DNA from: Eledone cirrhosa
Lineage: Eukaryota
Direction of reading: 5' to 3'
Assembly (NCBI GenBank): GCA_964016885.1
Contig: OZ024746.1
Span: 43,400,001 to 43,464,000 of the forward strand
DNA length: 64,000 nucleotides
The notes under the pieces were generated by a model that was not told the origin of the DNA, ran no database searches, and was given only the letters and a program-made list of their open reading frames with translations. Below are positions 1-12,446 of this stretch, one piece after another (the first letter of the stretch is position 1; the number at the start of each line of letters is the position of its first letter). Position numbers and translations under genes: made by a program.

Positions 1-1849
1 CCACTTGAAATTTCTCCTCCACCAACACTTTACTTTCAAACACCAACTTATTGATGTTCAAATGAATGACAATGGCATTGATTTTATCCAAACATGGGTA
101 GTACTCCACCTCTTGTGAGTAGGCACTAAAAATATTGAATTTGAATATATCATACAGCTTAGCATAAACTACATGTTAGTTTAAATATTTATCACTATTA
201 GTATAAGCTAAAATATACATAATGATATGAAAAATATGTAGCTTAGTTAAAGACATTAAAATATGTTATCATCACTCATTATAAAATCTAATACTTTTGT
301 GGAAATCAGATAACAGCTGAAAAACTGTTAAAGCAAGATAAAAGCTTAATATTCTCATTTCCATATGATAAATTATAAGTTATATAAATTTTAACTTATA
401 TAAAATATAATATAATCATATTTTATTCTTGAGTTTGAAATGTTTAATGACCATGTGAAGAGAAGAATAAATCATTTTAGAATAGGATTAGATTAATATT
501 TCTTCCATCATTCTACAGCATATTACCTTCTATAAATTGATGTGGCACAAAATCATATTGAACATAAAAAATAAAAAGATCTTTATTAGCTTAAAGAGTT
601 ATATGTTATTTCAAAAAAGAAAAGTTTTCTCTGCACATAAATAAGCCTAAGATATTTGGCATTTTTAGATTCTGACTCTACCCAGTTTCTAAGGATTCAA
701 CAGTTATTGTCTGAGTATGATAGTATCATACTCCAACACATCATATTTATCCTGTACCACAATTTGCTATCAACAGTTATTTTCTGAGTACAATATATAC
801 TCCAGCATATATTTGTCTCATACCACAATTCACTATTAATAACAATGAAAGAATTAAAAATAGTTTATCTATATCTGCTGTAATTTATCAAAATATAATA
901 TTAATTGGGTTTCTCTTTCTTTAGTAAGGCTATGTTTCTTATATAGGAGCTATAGTAATTTCAAAGTAAAAATAAATTATATAAAAAGTTCTAGCATTGT
1001 TCAAAATAGATATTTATATAACATATCTATTATAATATTTCTTTTAAAACCATAGACAATTAATAAATTAATAGAATGGACAAGATAACGATTAATAAAT
1101 CTCATTTTAATAGTGCATAATTTGGCTAGCTGTGAACTATGCCAGTTAGTTTGCTTTGCTTTTATTTCATTGATTTACTGTTGACAAGTTGGCTTAGTGG
1201 GTATAAAACAACCCACTATTTTCAATTGAGGAAATCATTATTTTAGCTGCATAAAAAGGCAACAAAAATAGACATTATATAAAATCCTTAAAACTTCCAG
1301 ACTATTTGTAATATTCTTTTATAGTTATAACATAATTCACTGGTAATAAATACAAATTTTGAAAATACTAAATTCTATTTTTAATAGACATCAAAGCAGG
1401 TAATAAAAGATTTTGAGAACTTACTTTTTATCTTAACTTTCAAAAGGGAATGAATTAGTGGTTTGGACAGACATATAAATATCAAATAGATGGAAAATGT
1501 TGTAAGAATGATTACAGTAATATGAAGATTTAAAATACTGATGGGAATTAGAAAGAATAGCGTTCCACAGTGCATCACTGTTTGATGGGAATTTAAGGAG
1601 AATGATGAAGTAAAACTAAAAGAAAAAAGTTTTCAGGATATGGTAAAAAATAGTTAATAATATGGCATGAAGCGTGAATAAGGTAATTAAATGAGGAGTG
1701 CTTTTAAATGAGAATTTGGCTGAGTTGTACAGGATTTTTGCTGAGTGAAATTAGTAACATTTTATTTTAAACATTTCGTGCCAATAAATTCAATGTAGGT
1801 GGTGGCTGTCATTTTGTGTGTGTGTGTGAGGGGTGTGGATGCATCCACA

Positions 1850-2070
1850 GCTGAAAGGAAAAAATTATTGAAATATTGTAAATTATGAGTAAATTACAAT
1901 TTTCAACCTCTAATATCCAAGACATTAAGGAGAGCTGGGCCACTGACAATAAATTTGTTGTCATTTGTGGCAACTCATCTTATTAAGTATTTGGTAAAGG
2001 TGTTTCATTATTCCATCACCTCAACCTCGATATCACCCAAAGTAATGCCATGACTCATTTGAGCTGCTTC
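1850..2070 (+). mobile_element. Degenerate CRE-clade (RLE endonuclease) non-LTR retrotransposon 3' fragment
   Basis: Translates as AERKKLLKYCKL*VNYNFQPLISKTLRRAGPLT...HLNLDITQSNA, resembling the CRE C-terminal K..KY..L...Y.F.P..(E)T.G..G / LS.AI.RGNA motif. Shares gagctgggccactgaca with 51883-51899. Confidence 0.55.
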
Positions 2071-2434
2071 AATGATTTTTAAAGGGGAACACCAGCATTA
2101 CACATTGTAGTGCATAATTGAGGGAGTGTAGTACATGTTTTTTTTTCTGACTCATCTATAGACATGTGGTTAGAATGTCTAAGGAAAGAATCGATGTACA
2201 GATTTTGCACATCAATTGGAGATGGTTGCTTCTGATAGGACCCTCTGGAAGGCATGTCTGATCCTCCCAAGAAGAAAAATAAGAGAACTCAATGTTATTG
2301 ATTTGTTTCTTTAGTAATTCATATACAATTTAGCATACAATATTCATAGATGCATCTAATTACAATGATTCACTTGAATTAAACATCGGAGGTATTTGCA
2401 CCACTGAATAATTCAGAACTACTATAACTCTGTG

Positions 2435-2940
2435 TTTTTATTACCGCACCATCTTCATGGATAACCCAAAACTGCTATATATCTATGTTACTATTACCTC
2501 CCTTTTAGAATGATCCAGAACTTCTATATCTATATTATTATTACCCCTTTGTTCAAATTCCGCCGAGGTTAACTTTACCTTTCATCCTTATGGGGTTGAT
2601 AAAATAAAGTACCAGTCATGCACTGGGGTCAATTTAGTCGACTTCCCCTCCCCCCAAATTATTAGCCTTGTACCTATACTAGAAACAATTATTACCCCTA
2701 TGTAAATAACCAAGAACTGGTTATATTATTATTACCCCACTTTTAGATAACCCAGAACTGCTATATCAATGTTATTACCTCTCATTTGTCAATAACCCAG
2801 AACTGCCATATATCTATGTTGTTATAACCCCACTTTGTGGATACTCGAGAACTAATATATTTTGTTATTAATCCCCTTTCTAAATAACCCAGAATTGTTA
2901 TATCTATGTTGTTATTACCCTCTTTGTGGATAATTCTGAC
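2435..2940 (+). repeat. ~38-40 bp minisatellite (consensus ~GATAACCCAGAACTGCTATATCTATGTTATTATTACCCC), interrupted by a SINE
   Basis: About 9 imperfect tandem units are visible at 2460-2550 and 2690-2935. Confidence 0.85.
2550..2690 (+). mobile_element. 5'-truncated tRNA-derived SINE (family A)
   Basis: B-box gttcaaattcc followed by the core gccgaggttaactttacctttcatccttatggggttgataaaataaagtaccagt, shared with many copies in the window. Confidence 0.8.
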
Positions 2941-3329
2941 CTGTGATACCTGAGAATAATACAAAACTATGACCCTTTGTTAAATTAAAAGAAAATAGGA
3001 AACAAATTCCCTTTTTTTCTTAACAATATTTGAATTTATGATGTTCTCTTTTTTTATCTTTCTCTATAAGTACTCTTGTATATTCCAAACCTTAGATGTC
3101 CCCTAAACCTAGTTTAAGGAGACAGTTTGAATGTTACACTCAACTACATCACCCCATCAATTCTAATAATGCCCAGGGCTCTATCACACTTCACTCCTCC
3201 TCAGTCTTTCACAGGATGTTGATCAATGCCCCTTCCCACACAATAGGTGGAAGAAAAGAGGGAAATGTTTCAACTGTGATAAATGTTTTCATCTTTCTAA
3301 CTTTATGGTTCAGTCATCACTATTTAACC

Positions 3330-4140
3330 CTCTTATTGCAGCACAAAGATCCAGGGACACAACACAATTGAGGGAGGTTTTGACAGTGATCTCCCTTCTG
3401 CCTCAGGCAGTCACAAAGAGTGAAGATTAACATCAGGAGTCACATCTTCCTTCTGCCACCCTGTTTCAGCTAACATCTCTGTTCATGTCAGATGTCCATC
3501 TGCACTTAGACCTGGTACCCAATCTCCAGTGGATGACATGAACATCGCATGACTGAGTTAATTGCAAATTAATTGAAGACGACATTTCTACCATGGTGTG
3601 TGTGTGCTGGTTTTGAAGAACGCAGCCTTCTAGTCTACAGTATAGGTTCTAGTAACTCTCTACCTGAAACATACAGATGTTCCTGACTGGTATCAGAGAC
3701 ATCCAAGGTTCTGCTAATCATATCCCTGTCCACCTCCAAGGAAGATGTGATCACTGCCCTGGACCTTTCTTGATTATGTGTTCACTTACATCAATATGCT
3801 TCTGTACCCAGGCCTTAGCATGCATAAACCATATAAATCTCATTGTAGAACCATGGTATGCTCCCTTGGATGATGTAATCAAAAGAAGCCTTTGCCAAGG
3901 ATGGGTTTCCACCATAATTCGAACCTGTTGGCCTTGACTGTGGTGATGGTAAGCACCCAGACAGGATAACTCTTTTTCATGTTAGTAGGGGATGGTAAAT
4001 CACTAATCGAGGACACTACATACTGTGAAACTTTCTCTGGTTCCACCCTTATCCATTTGGCTAAGACCCTATGATATCATAAAATGGCTGATGGGGAAAC
4101 CTAACTCCCAAACATGTATTCCCTAGTCCAGCACCTTAAG
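3330..4140 (-). mobile_element. Highly degenerate LINE (probably RTE endonuclease region)
   Basis: GC-richer island with faint APE-like motifs on the minus strand (FFK..HT..W; PG...D..TD..M) broken by stops. Confidence 0.3.
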
Positions 4141-5675
4141 GTTACACTTTCTGTTTTTCCAACACAGATTTAATTCTCCATTTTGGATTATAATTTGTGT
4201 TATGAAAACCATAACAGATTACTAAAGCTCAATGAATTGAGAAAGATACAATATATATATATATATATTAATAAGAGTTATTATATTAAGTGGTAGCATA
4301 TTTCTGTGTTGGTTCTAAAGCTTGTTACAAATATCTATAACAAGGATTTATGATGCTGTTGAATTACACATGGAAAAAAACGATAATTCAATGTAATGGA
4401 GTTCACAATCATATTAATAAAGTCAGTTTGGAAGAATTAAAGAAGCATAATGGCTGGAATGTAATTGAAATAAAACACATACACAGTCAAACATACTGTG
4501 TGTACGTTGGGAACCATCTTCCATGCAAATCATATGAATCAAAGGATTAAATCACAAATGTACAGAGGCAGTGGAATAGATTGTTTCAATTAAAATGATT
4601 ATTGGAAATTGAAGTTTGATTCAACTATTTTCTGCATAGTTCAATCACCTATCTATTTATATTATTCTCATCCATTTTATTGACAGGTGAAAGACAAGGT
4701 TATTACATATCCATTAAGGAATTTTCTAGGCTTGATAGCAAACCCTTTCTTAAATGTATGAAGCCCATCCAAAGATAAGAGGCTGTTGACTTTTCAAATT
4801 ATATTTTTCCTATTTAATTTGAGAGTTTGCTTTACTTTAGTCATTGAATGGTATATATAGAGTTAGGTGTTAAACATATAGGATTGTGCAGATACATAAC
4901 AGAAACGTAAAAATAGATTATAGTAAAAGCCTTTGTTTTTTATCCACTTTTGCATTTGTTTTATATATCTGTATCATACTGTTAAATATGACAACATAAT
5001 ATTTCTGTGTTTATTTTAATGCATAGAATTTTGCTACATTGTTCTTCATAAACATTCTTCAATGAAATTTTCTCATACCATTCTTTAACTGAAAAATTAC
5101 AAATTACTGAGAATCAATTACATATTTTATTAAATCTTATTTTAGTATATATTTAAAAGATTTGAAAGAGATCAGTAATGATATAATTTTGATCTATTAT
5201 GACATAGATTATATTATAAGAAAAATAAATTAATATTAACTTTGTAGAAGAAATACAATTCTATCAAATGATATCTTCTGTAAGGCAAAAATAAGAATAA
5301 AAGTATAACTTCAGTTTTCTATGTGTTTCTGAAAGGCATATGGAAATATTTCAAGATTTTTATCTGGAAATTATTTTATCTGTATTTTTTAAAATAAAAT
5401 ACTGTAATAAAGCCAAAATAAAATTTATTCTTGCCAAAAATAGATGATAGATTGTACTGATTGGCACATTAATGTATTTTCATTTGGCAGAAACACTTTA
5501 AGGAACCTTGTCATCAGTCATAACTAACACAAGGGAAATATTATGTTTTAGGTTAAAATTGTATGAACATTTATCAATAAAGAATGATATTGGTAAGTAA
5601 GCACTCTTGTGTTCTAGTGAAGATAATAGAATTTAACTTTACTCTTTTAGTAACAGATATTACAAGCTTAAAATA

Positions 5676-5877
5676 TACGAGGGTCAACTGAAAAGTTCAT
5701 AGGCTGACTATGAAATAGTGATGCTAGAGCTGTGAAATCATGCATGCATTAATTTCAACTCTTCTTAATAACTGCATTGTTTCTTTCCAGAAAAATAAAC
5801 CATTTGGTCATTCAATGAGAGTATCTGGGTCGGCCGATGAACGTTTCAGTCTAGGAATGTTTAAGTGAACCCTCATA
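5676..5877. mobile_element. Tc1/mariner-type MITE
   Basis: Ends TACGAGGGTCAACTGAAAAGTT ... AATGTTTAAGTGAACCCTCATA are imperfect TIRs with TA at both termini; no coding capacity. Confidence 0.75.
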
Positions 5878-5998
5878 CATGCTTAAAGAACAGTTCTTGC
5901 AGATGACTAGATTAGAGTATGCTGTAATCTTCAAAATATAAATTTCATTGTCTCTGTATTTATATTTTTCATGTCAAATATTCACCAAATTTACACAA

Positions 5999-6444
5999 CA
6001 GAGGTGGTGGAACTGGGGGGGGGGGGGGGCATGGCACTCCCCCAATATTTTTCTTCCCAAACTACCAAAACACATCTATTTGTATATGCACTACAATTTA
6101 TGTACAGGTTATGTTTATCACATATTGAAGTTTTTTTTATATCTTGATTGATATTTGATAATGTATTATGTTAACCTTCATAGTAATTTTTTTGTCATGT
6201 CATATCTTTTTCTCTACATATCACTATTTGCCAATTGTTTGTATGTGTATTCAGAGACTGATTTCATAGGTCATTTTGCTATAATCACTTTGTAATTATT
6301 GAAAGCTGCAAATGTAATATGACCTGCTTGGATTCAAATTGCATTTTCTGACCCTTTTAGAGTGGAAGGGGCTAAACTAATCACTACAACTAAATTGACT
6401 AAATATGGTACTCCCAACAATCAGAAATGCTTCCATCGCCCCTG
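5999..6444. mobile_element. hAT-like non-autonomous DNA transposon (MITE)
   Basis: TIRs CAGAGGTGGTGGAA / TTCCATCGCCCCTG (reverse complement CAGGGGCGATGGAA), flanked by the direct repeat CACAA. Confidence 0.65.
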
Positions 6445-7199
6445 CACAACTGAATTGATATGAGGTATTGGCATTTATATATATGTTTATTCTTTCAAAC
6501 TCAAGGTACATTATGGTGTCTCTTAGAGATTGAAACGATTTGAATAATTTCAAATAAATGGTAACACAAGCTTGTTAATATTTAGTAATCAGCCATTTGT
6601 TTACATCTGCCATTGCTGAGTACATTTTTCAATCACTTAGATCATAGATATTTCATTGGTATGGGTATAATGTCAAAATTAGAAAATTGCACAGAAAATA
6701 GCCCCCTGTCTTCAGACCGTAATTCTTATTGATTTTAATATTCCCCAAATTCAGTAGATAAACCATATTTCTATATAATACATCGATAATAAATCAAGTG
6801 TAAACAAATCAATCAAAATCGCCCTTGCTATTATCTACTATAAAATCAGCAAGTTACAACAGACTGAAATAAATTGAGTTGAGGAAATGATGAGATTCCA
6901 AAAGCCTTATTAGTGCATGTAGAAGACATAGCTTAGAGATATGTAATGAGAATGTATGATAGTGGATGAGTGAAAATAGTGAAAGTAAGACAAGGCACTT
7001 AGAGCTGATTATTAAATGACAAGCTTTAAGATGAAAGCTGATGCTAATAATAATTATTCATTTATCAGTACAAAACAAAAGTTTTCCTTTCTGAAATGAA
7101 TTCAATTTACACATATATACATGCATAAACCATGCACATAGATAACTTAGAATAAGCTATTCTGATAAATTAAGAGTTAATGTTTCTTCTTCATCTACT

Positions 7200-7720
7200 T
7201 GGTTATCATCATTGTTATCATCAGCAGAACAAACTCCACTAATTTTACATCCAATTTATCCATGTTTGCATGGAGTAGATTGGCTGTCTCTCATCACAGT
7301 CATTTGTCGTATTCTTTGTGAAGTTCAGCATCATGTGATCAGCTTTCACCACTTCCAGAAGATCCTTCCTAGTTAATTACTTGGCAACTGTCATTCTTCA
7401 TATATATCACATGTTTGTACAAAAACAGTCTCCTCTCTTACACATTACATCTGATAACTAGGATACCCAGCTTTTCATTTAGCTCACTTGTGCTCTGTTT
7501 TTCATGCACACTAACATTTAAAAATTATGCATACCATGCTCGCTTCCTTTCTTTTCAGCTTTTACACATCTGCAGTCAATGTCAAGCAACATTACACTTT
7601 ATAGAGAAGTGTCATACAATCTACTCTGCACTTGAAAAGAGACATTCTTTGTTGCTAGCACATATAATAAGTCCCTTAACATTTTCTTTCCTGTTTAAAC
7701 TCTGGTTACTATGCTCTTGA
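7200..7720 (-). mobile_element. Old degenerate RTE LINE 3' fragment
   Basis: Decayed (CAT)n tail plus acatccaatttatccatgtttgcatgg 3' end and remnants of the RT C-terminus. Confidence 0.5.
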
Positions 7721-8679
7721 AGCACCTAACCTAAACTGGTGGACTAAACTATAAAATAGAAAGATTCATAACACAATTGTTCTTTTTTTTAAATAACATA
7801 GATGAGATACAATTAGAAAGAAATATATATAATGAGATTGCTTTCTAGATGGATATATGCCTGATGATAAACCAACAAAATATGTAAAAGGGAGATGTGC
7901 AAAAGAAGAGGTGAAGCAAAATCATTAAATTGTTATAGATATATATATAAAATAAAGTTAACAACTTCAGAGAAATAGAAATCATTGAAGTATCAGAAGA
8001 AGTGATAAGAATTGCAAAAGTTCAGGGCATGTGCTTATAAAATGTTTATGAGTGCAAGTCAGCTGGCTACATTGCTTTTCCATAGATATAATCTAGAATT
8101 TGCAAGTGGAGTGGGTTGAACTGTACTATATATGTGCAAAGTACTCTAAGGAAGTACATAGTTGTATAGGTAAAATGAATACGAGCTGAAGATCAGTGTA
8201 GCCCTGCAACTATGGCATGTCAAAAAGAAATATAGATATCTGTGAAGTTTACAAATATTGGAAACATATATTTTCTCTTTATTGAGATCGAGATGATATT
8301 ATTTATTTTTTTACAAAACATTACCCATTCAAAACACCAAGCTAACTACCAGGCACTGGAAGAACAAATAATGCTATAAACATTAAGTCATATTCTTTGC
8401 TTAACACAGGTTAACTGTTACCTTCTTTAGAGTTCAATTTATGCCATTATAGAATTTCTATATAAAATCCATATCAGGTATAAGAGAACATGTTTAATAT
8501 AATGAAACCTCAAAATATTTCAAAGTCAGGATTATTCTGTTACTAGATGTGTTACTTGTTAAATTTCGATTACAATGGAAATTTCACAAAGAGAAAAAGA
8601 AAACATTGTGTGCACATCACAAGCATATTTCCAACACAAAGATTACTGATGGAGTAAATATCAAACACTGCACCATTCT

Positions 8680-8731
<52 letters not shown>

Positions 8732-8732
8732 T

Positions 8733-9045
8733 AATCATCATCATTGTAAGGTCCGCTTCCCCTGCTAGCAAGGGTTGAACTGGTCTACATAGCCCAAGTC
8801 AGTACTGAAGCAGAGCTGCTGATCTGCCAGGCAGGCCATTGATCTGTGTTTTGTTTGTGTATAGTCAATGTTCAACTGCGTGCACAGGAGAGGTTTTCAT
8901 GTCTTTGACACAACTGTGGGTCTTCTCAACCCTTTTGTTTGGCAAGCTTTCTATTCCTGAATAGTACTGGGTATGTTTATTATGTAGGTCACCAAACACA
9001 AGAGAAGCTGTCACGGCTTTGACATGACTGAAGGATCCTCTCATA
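8733..9045 (-). mobile_element. RTE LINE/SINE 3' UTR fragment
   Basis: (CAT)n then gtccgcttccctgctagcaagggttg, the terminal motif shared with 11682-11728 and the family B SINE tails. Confidence 0.55.
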
Positions 9046-9099
9046 TATCTACATATATATGTACATTCATATATTCACACACACACACATATATATATT

Positions 9100-10132
9100 A
9101 TCATCAAACTATTTAACGTCCATTTTCTACGCTGGCATGGGTTGGATGCATTGTCCTATTTGAGGCAAGTTGAAGTCAGATAACTATGTCTGTCTCATAC
9201 AGAACCGATTTTGGCTTGGTTTCTATAGCTGGATGCCCTTCCTAATACCAATCACATTTACAGTGAGTACTAGGTGCTTTTTGTCGTGACACCTACAAGA
9301 CCACTTTACAGTGTGGGCTGGGTGCTTTTTGTCATGACACCTACAAGAGCTCTTTACAGTGTGGGCTGGGTGCTTTTTGTTATGACACCTGCATGGCTAC
9401 CTTATAGTGCAGGCTGGGCACATTTTGTGTGTCACCATCTTGACCACTTTACCATGTGGGCTTGGATGTTTGGTGGGAAGGATGTGTGGGTATTAGGGAG
9501 GTGTATATATGGGCGTGTGTGAGGAGTGAAGTGTTAGGACGTGAGAGGTATGTGGATGGGAGAATGAAGGTGAAAGTGGTGCATACCAGATGTATGCTTC
9601 AGCTTGTGCCCATGGGAGATTTATGGGGGGGGGGGGGGGGTGAAAGTGAATATTATATGTATGCTTTAGCCTATACTCATGGGAAGGCAGGTCTTCTGTA
9701 TTACTGCATAATGTCAGAGATCCCAGTCCAGTATCATTGCCTTTGAGAGGTGCAATTGTGCAAGGTCAGCTTTTATCACCTCATCCCAAGTCTTTGAGTG
9801 TTCTGCACTTTTTTATACAGCTGTCATCCTTCGTACACATCACATGTCCACACCAACACAATCTCCTCTCCTTCCCACTGCATATGATTCCTCTTATGCC
9901 TAGTTTCTCTCTCAGTTCGTTTATGCTTTGCAATTCACGTATATTACTACTACTCATCCATCGAAGCATGCAAGCTTCATTTCTTTCCAATCTTCGAAAA
10001 TCCTCTTCACACAGTGCCCAGTCCTCACTACCATGCAACTTTGCTGCTTGTATACATTAATTGTACAGTTTGCCTTTCATTTTGAGGGAAAAGCCGTTTA
10101 TAGCTAGTAATGGTAGTAGCTTCCTGTATTTC
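9100..10132 (-). mobile_element. 5'-truncated RTE LINE (RT C-terminus plus 3' UTR with 48-bp repeats)
   Basis: ORF 9781-10038 (HGSEDWAL..RRLERNEACMLRWM..) matches the ORF at 24137-25552; the 3' UTR carries four ~48-bp units at 9272-9460. Confidence 0.9.
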
Positions 10133-11880
10133 TTTTATTATTCAACAACTTCACTATTCCTACAATAATTTTATACCATTTTACAATAGCAAAATTTAAA
10201 CATTACTTTAATATAGATGAACCATATAGTATAATATTCTTGTTAAATTTGTCTAAGGTACAACTTTCTACTCTGAAATTCAATATATTTAATGGCCACA
10301 GGTATTTAACATTGTTAAAATTTTGATAAGTAGTGGTTGGTTGATTTTTTTCTGAAAAAAAGTATACTTTAGACTTGAATAATTATTGATTCTGGAAATA
10401 TAGTTTTTTGATCACTCATATTTCATATCAAATTTTAATCTCCACTGTTGAATATCAAACCCTTCTTCATAGATCATCATATACTAACAGAGTATTCACT
10501 TGTTTTCTTATTGCTCTCCCTAATAATAGTATTTCACTTTATACATGAGTATGTTCAACTAGAATTAACATGGAGGAATATCTTTCTGGGATATTTCTCA
10601 AAGCAACTTTGTTGTTACATGTAGCTGGCATGTTTATTTGGATCAAGTATATTCTAAGACATTTAAAGTAAATTATTTGCTCCTTTATAAAGATCATTAA
10701 TTAACTTTTTTTTAGATTTGTCAAATGTATCACTAGTGCTTATTTTTTCTACACCTTGGACTATTTCAAACAAGCCACTTACTCAAATATTCCATTGTTA
10801 TTTTCAATCCTTATTTTCTGGGTACCACCATTTACTTCTGCTAAGCCAATAATAACATACAGTACTATCAATGTAGAAATCTGTTGTTAATCACCATTGT
10901 TCTACTTATCTTTTAAACATAATCTGAGTCCAGTCAAGGATAAAGTTCTTTCATTAAATATACAATAAATTCTTTTAAAATATTATTTATTTTCCCTTTA
11001 CAGATGATACAAAATTTATTTGTCTTCCATTTAGATCTAGATTTTTCAATAAGGTTATGAACACATAGCATTATTTAAAAGATTCTATAATTTATCTCTT
11101 CTCGGAAATGCTAGAACATTTATGCCCTTCAATAGTAAAGTTCAACAGAAGCCAACTTTTTATCTGTTATAATTCTATCAAATGGCCTCCTCTTAGGAAA
11201 TCCATTATTGATTTTGACAGGGATGAATATATATATATATATATATATAGCCATGATATTAATACATAGCAAGATGCTATTTTAATCCAAAATGTAATGA
11301 GTTTTAAACAAGGTTATCAAAGGACTAATATTTACAGAACTGTCTGATGATGTCATACATGGATTCAATGACCTTTCTTTCATAGAAGAGTTTCAGTTGC
11401 AACATTTATATAACTGCTGGTTCATTTGTCCAGATTCGTTTCATATGTTTATTCTTATTTTTGTAATTATTGACTATCTTTATGATATATTTACCAGGTT
11501 TCAAATATGAAACCTACACAACTTGTTTCCAAAACTTACAAAATGATTGTGTCTGTTTCCAAAGTTGTGTATTTAGAGATTGTTTTAATATTTCAAAATC
11601 TTTTTGTCTGAGAAATCTTTGTTACACCTTACTAACCTAACTCAGAGTTCTCAGTTTCTATATTACAACATATGTGCAACATCCCACCCTTGCAAGCAGG
11701 GAAAGGCGGACGTAAAATGATGATGATATATATATATATATATATATAGTTAAGTCTTAGACAGGAACAAAAACAGAGAGGCAGTACAGAGTTTATTAGG
11801 TTCACACTTGTAAGAGTGTGTGTGTGGGGGGGGGGGGGGTGATATATATATATATATGAAAGGAGGAGGTTATATATATA

Positions 11881-11910
<30 letters not shown>

Positions 11911-11914
<4 letters not shown>

Positions 11915-12103
11915 CGAAGGAAATGTGGTAAGGAACCAGGTGGACCATAACGCACCAAAGTACTCAATACTTGAGGTAGTAGAGTGGGTAATAGGAACCA
12001 GTAAGACCCCGACAGCTGAGCTCAAGCCGTTTCGACGGCTAATTCTGGACGCAGAATTAGCCGTCGAAACGGCTTGAGCTCAGCTGTCAGGGTCTTACTG
12101 GTT

Positions 12104-12108
<5 letters not shown>
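11911..12108. repeat. (TA)n-embedded short cassette ending in a 57-bp-arm hairpin
   Basis: Arms 11991-12047 and 12052-12108 are inverted with one mismatch and a GACG loop. 11911-11995 is homologous to the reverse complement of 53350-53435. Confidence 0.9.
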
Positions 12109-12173
<65 letters not shown>

Positions 12174-12175
12174 AT

Positions 12176-12395
12176 GTATGTAAAAGGTAAACAGAAATAA
12201 CAACACAATCGGTACAGTATATGGAAGTTATATATTAGGTTAACACTTGATATAGCAGGAAAAGGGTCTTAACGTTTCGGACGCTAGTCCTTCATCAGAA
12301 GAAAGAATGAGAAATAAAATAGATTGAGGGGACGCGCGGGATGGAATTGGAAAAAATGTCTTTAGATAAAAATAACACGTCAATTCATGTTCACA

Positions 12396-12400
<5 letters not shown>
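12176..12400 (-). mobile_element. (TA)n-embedded Penelope-like pLTR-type cassette containing a hammerhead motif
   Basis: ~220 bp of unique sequence between two TA tracts, containing the hammerhead motif at 12267-12302. Confidence 0.65.
12267..12302 (-). ncRNA. Minimal type-I hammerhead ribozyme motif
   Basis: Minus strand UCUU-CUGAUGA-A-GGAC-UAGC-GUCC-GAAA-C-GUU-AAGA: stem I UCUU/AAGA, 4-bp stem II, palindromic minimal stem III (AACGUU). Confidence 0.75.

Positions 12401-12440
<40 letters not shown>

Positions 12441-12446
<6 letters not shown>

Noticed and set aside
713-733. Short palindrome gagtatgata-g-tatcatactc within a ~70-bp two-copy tandem repeat
   Set aside because: Short, AT-rich and not conserved in the second copy.
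9272-9460. Regularly spaced repeats resembling a CRISPR array (also 2435-2940, 50240-50430, 54790-54970)
   Set aside because: No unique spacers, eukaryotic context and no cas genes; these are LINE 3' UTR units or a minisatellite.
10200-11400. Possible ancient CR1/L2 remnants (also 21570-21720, 62430-62530)
   Set aside because: Only faint motifs (AFDKV, VNLWN); boundaries cannot be supported.
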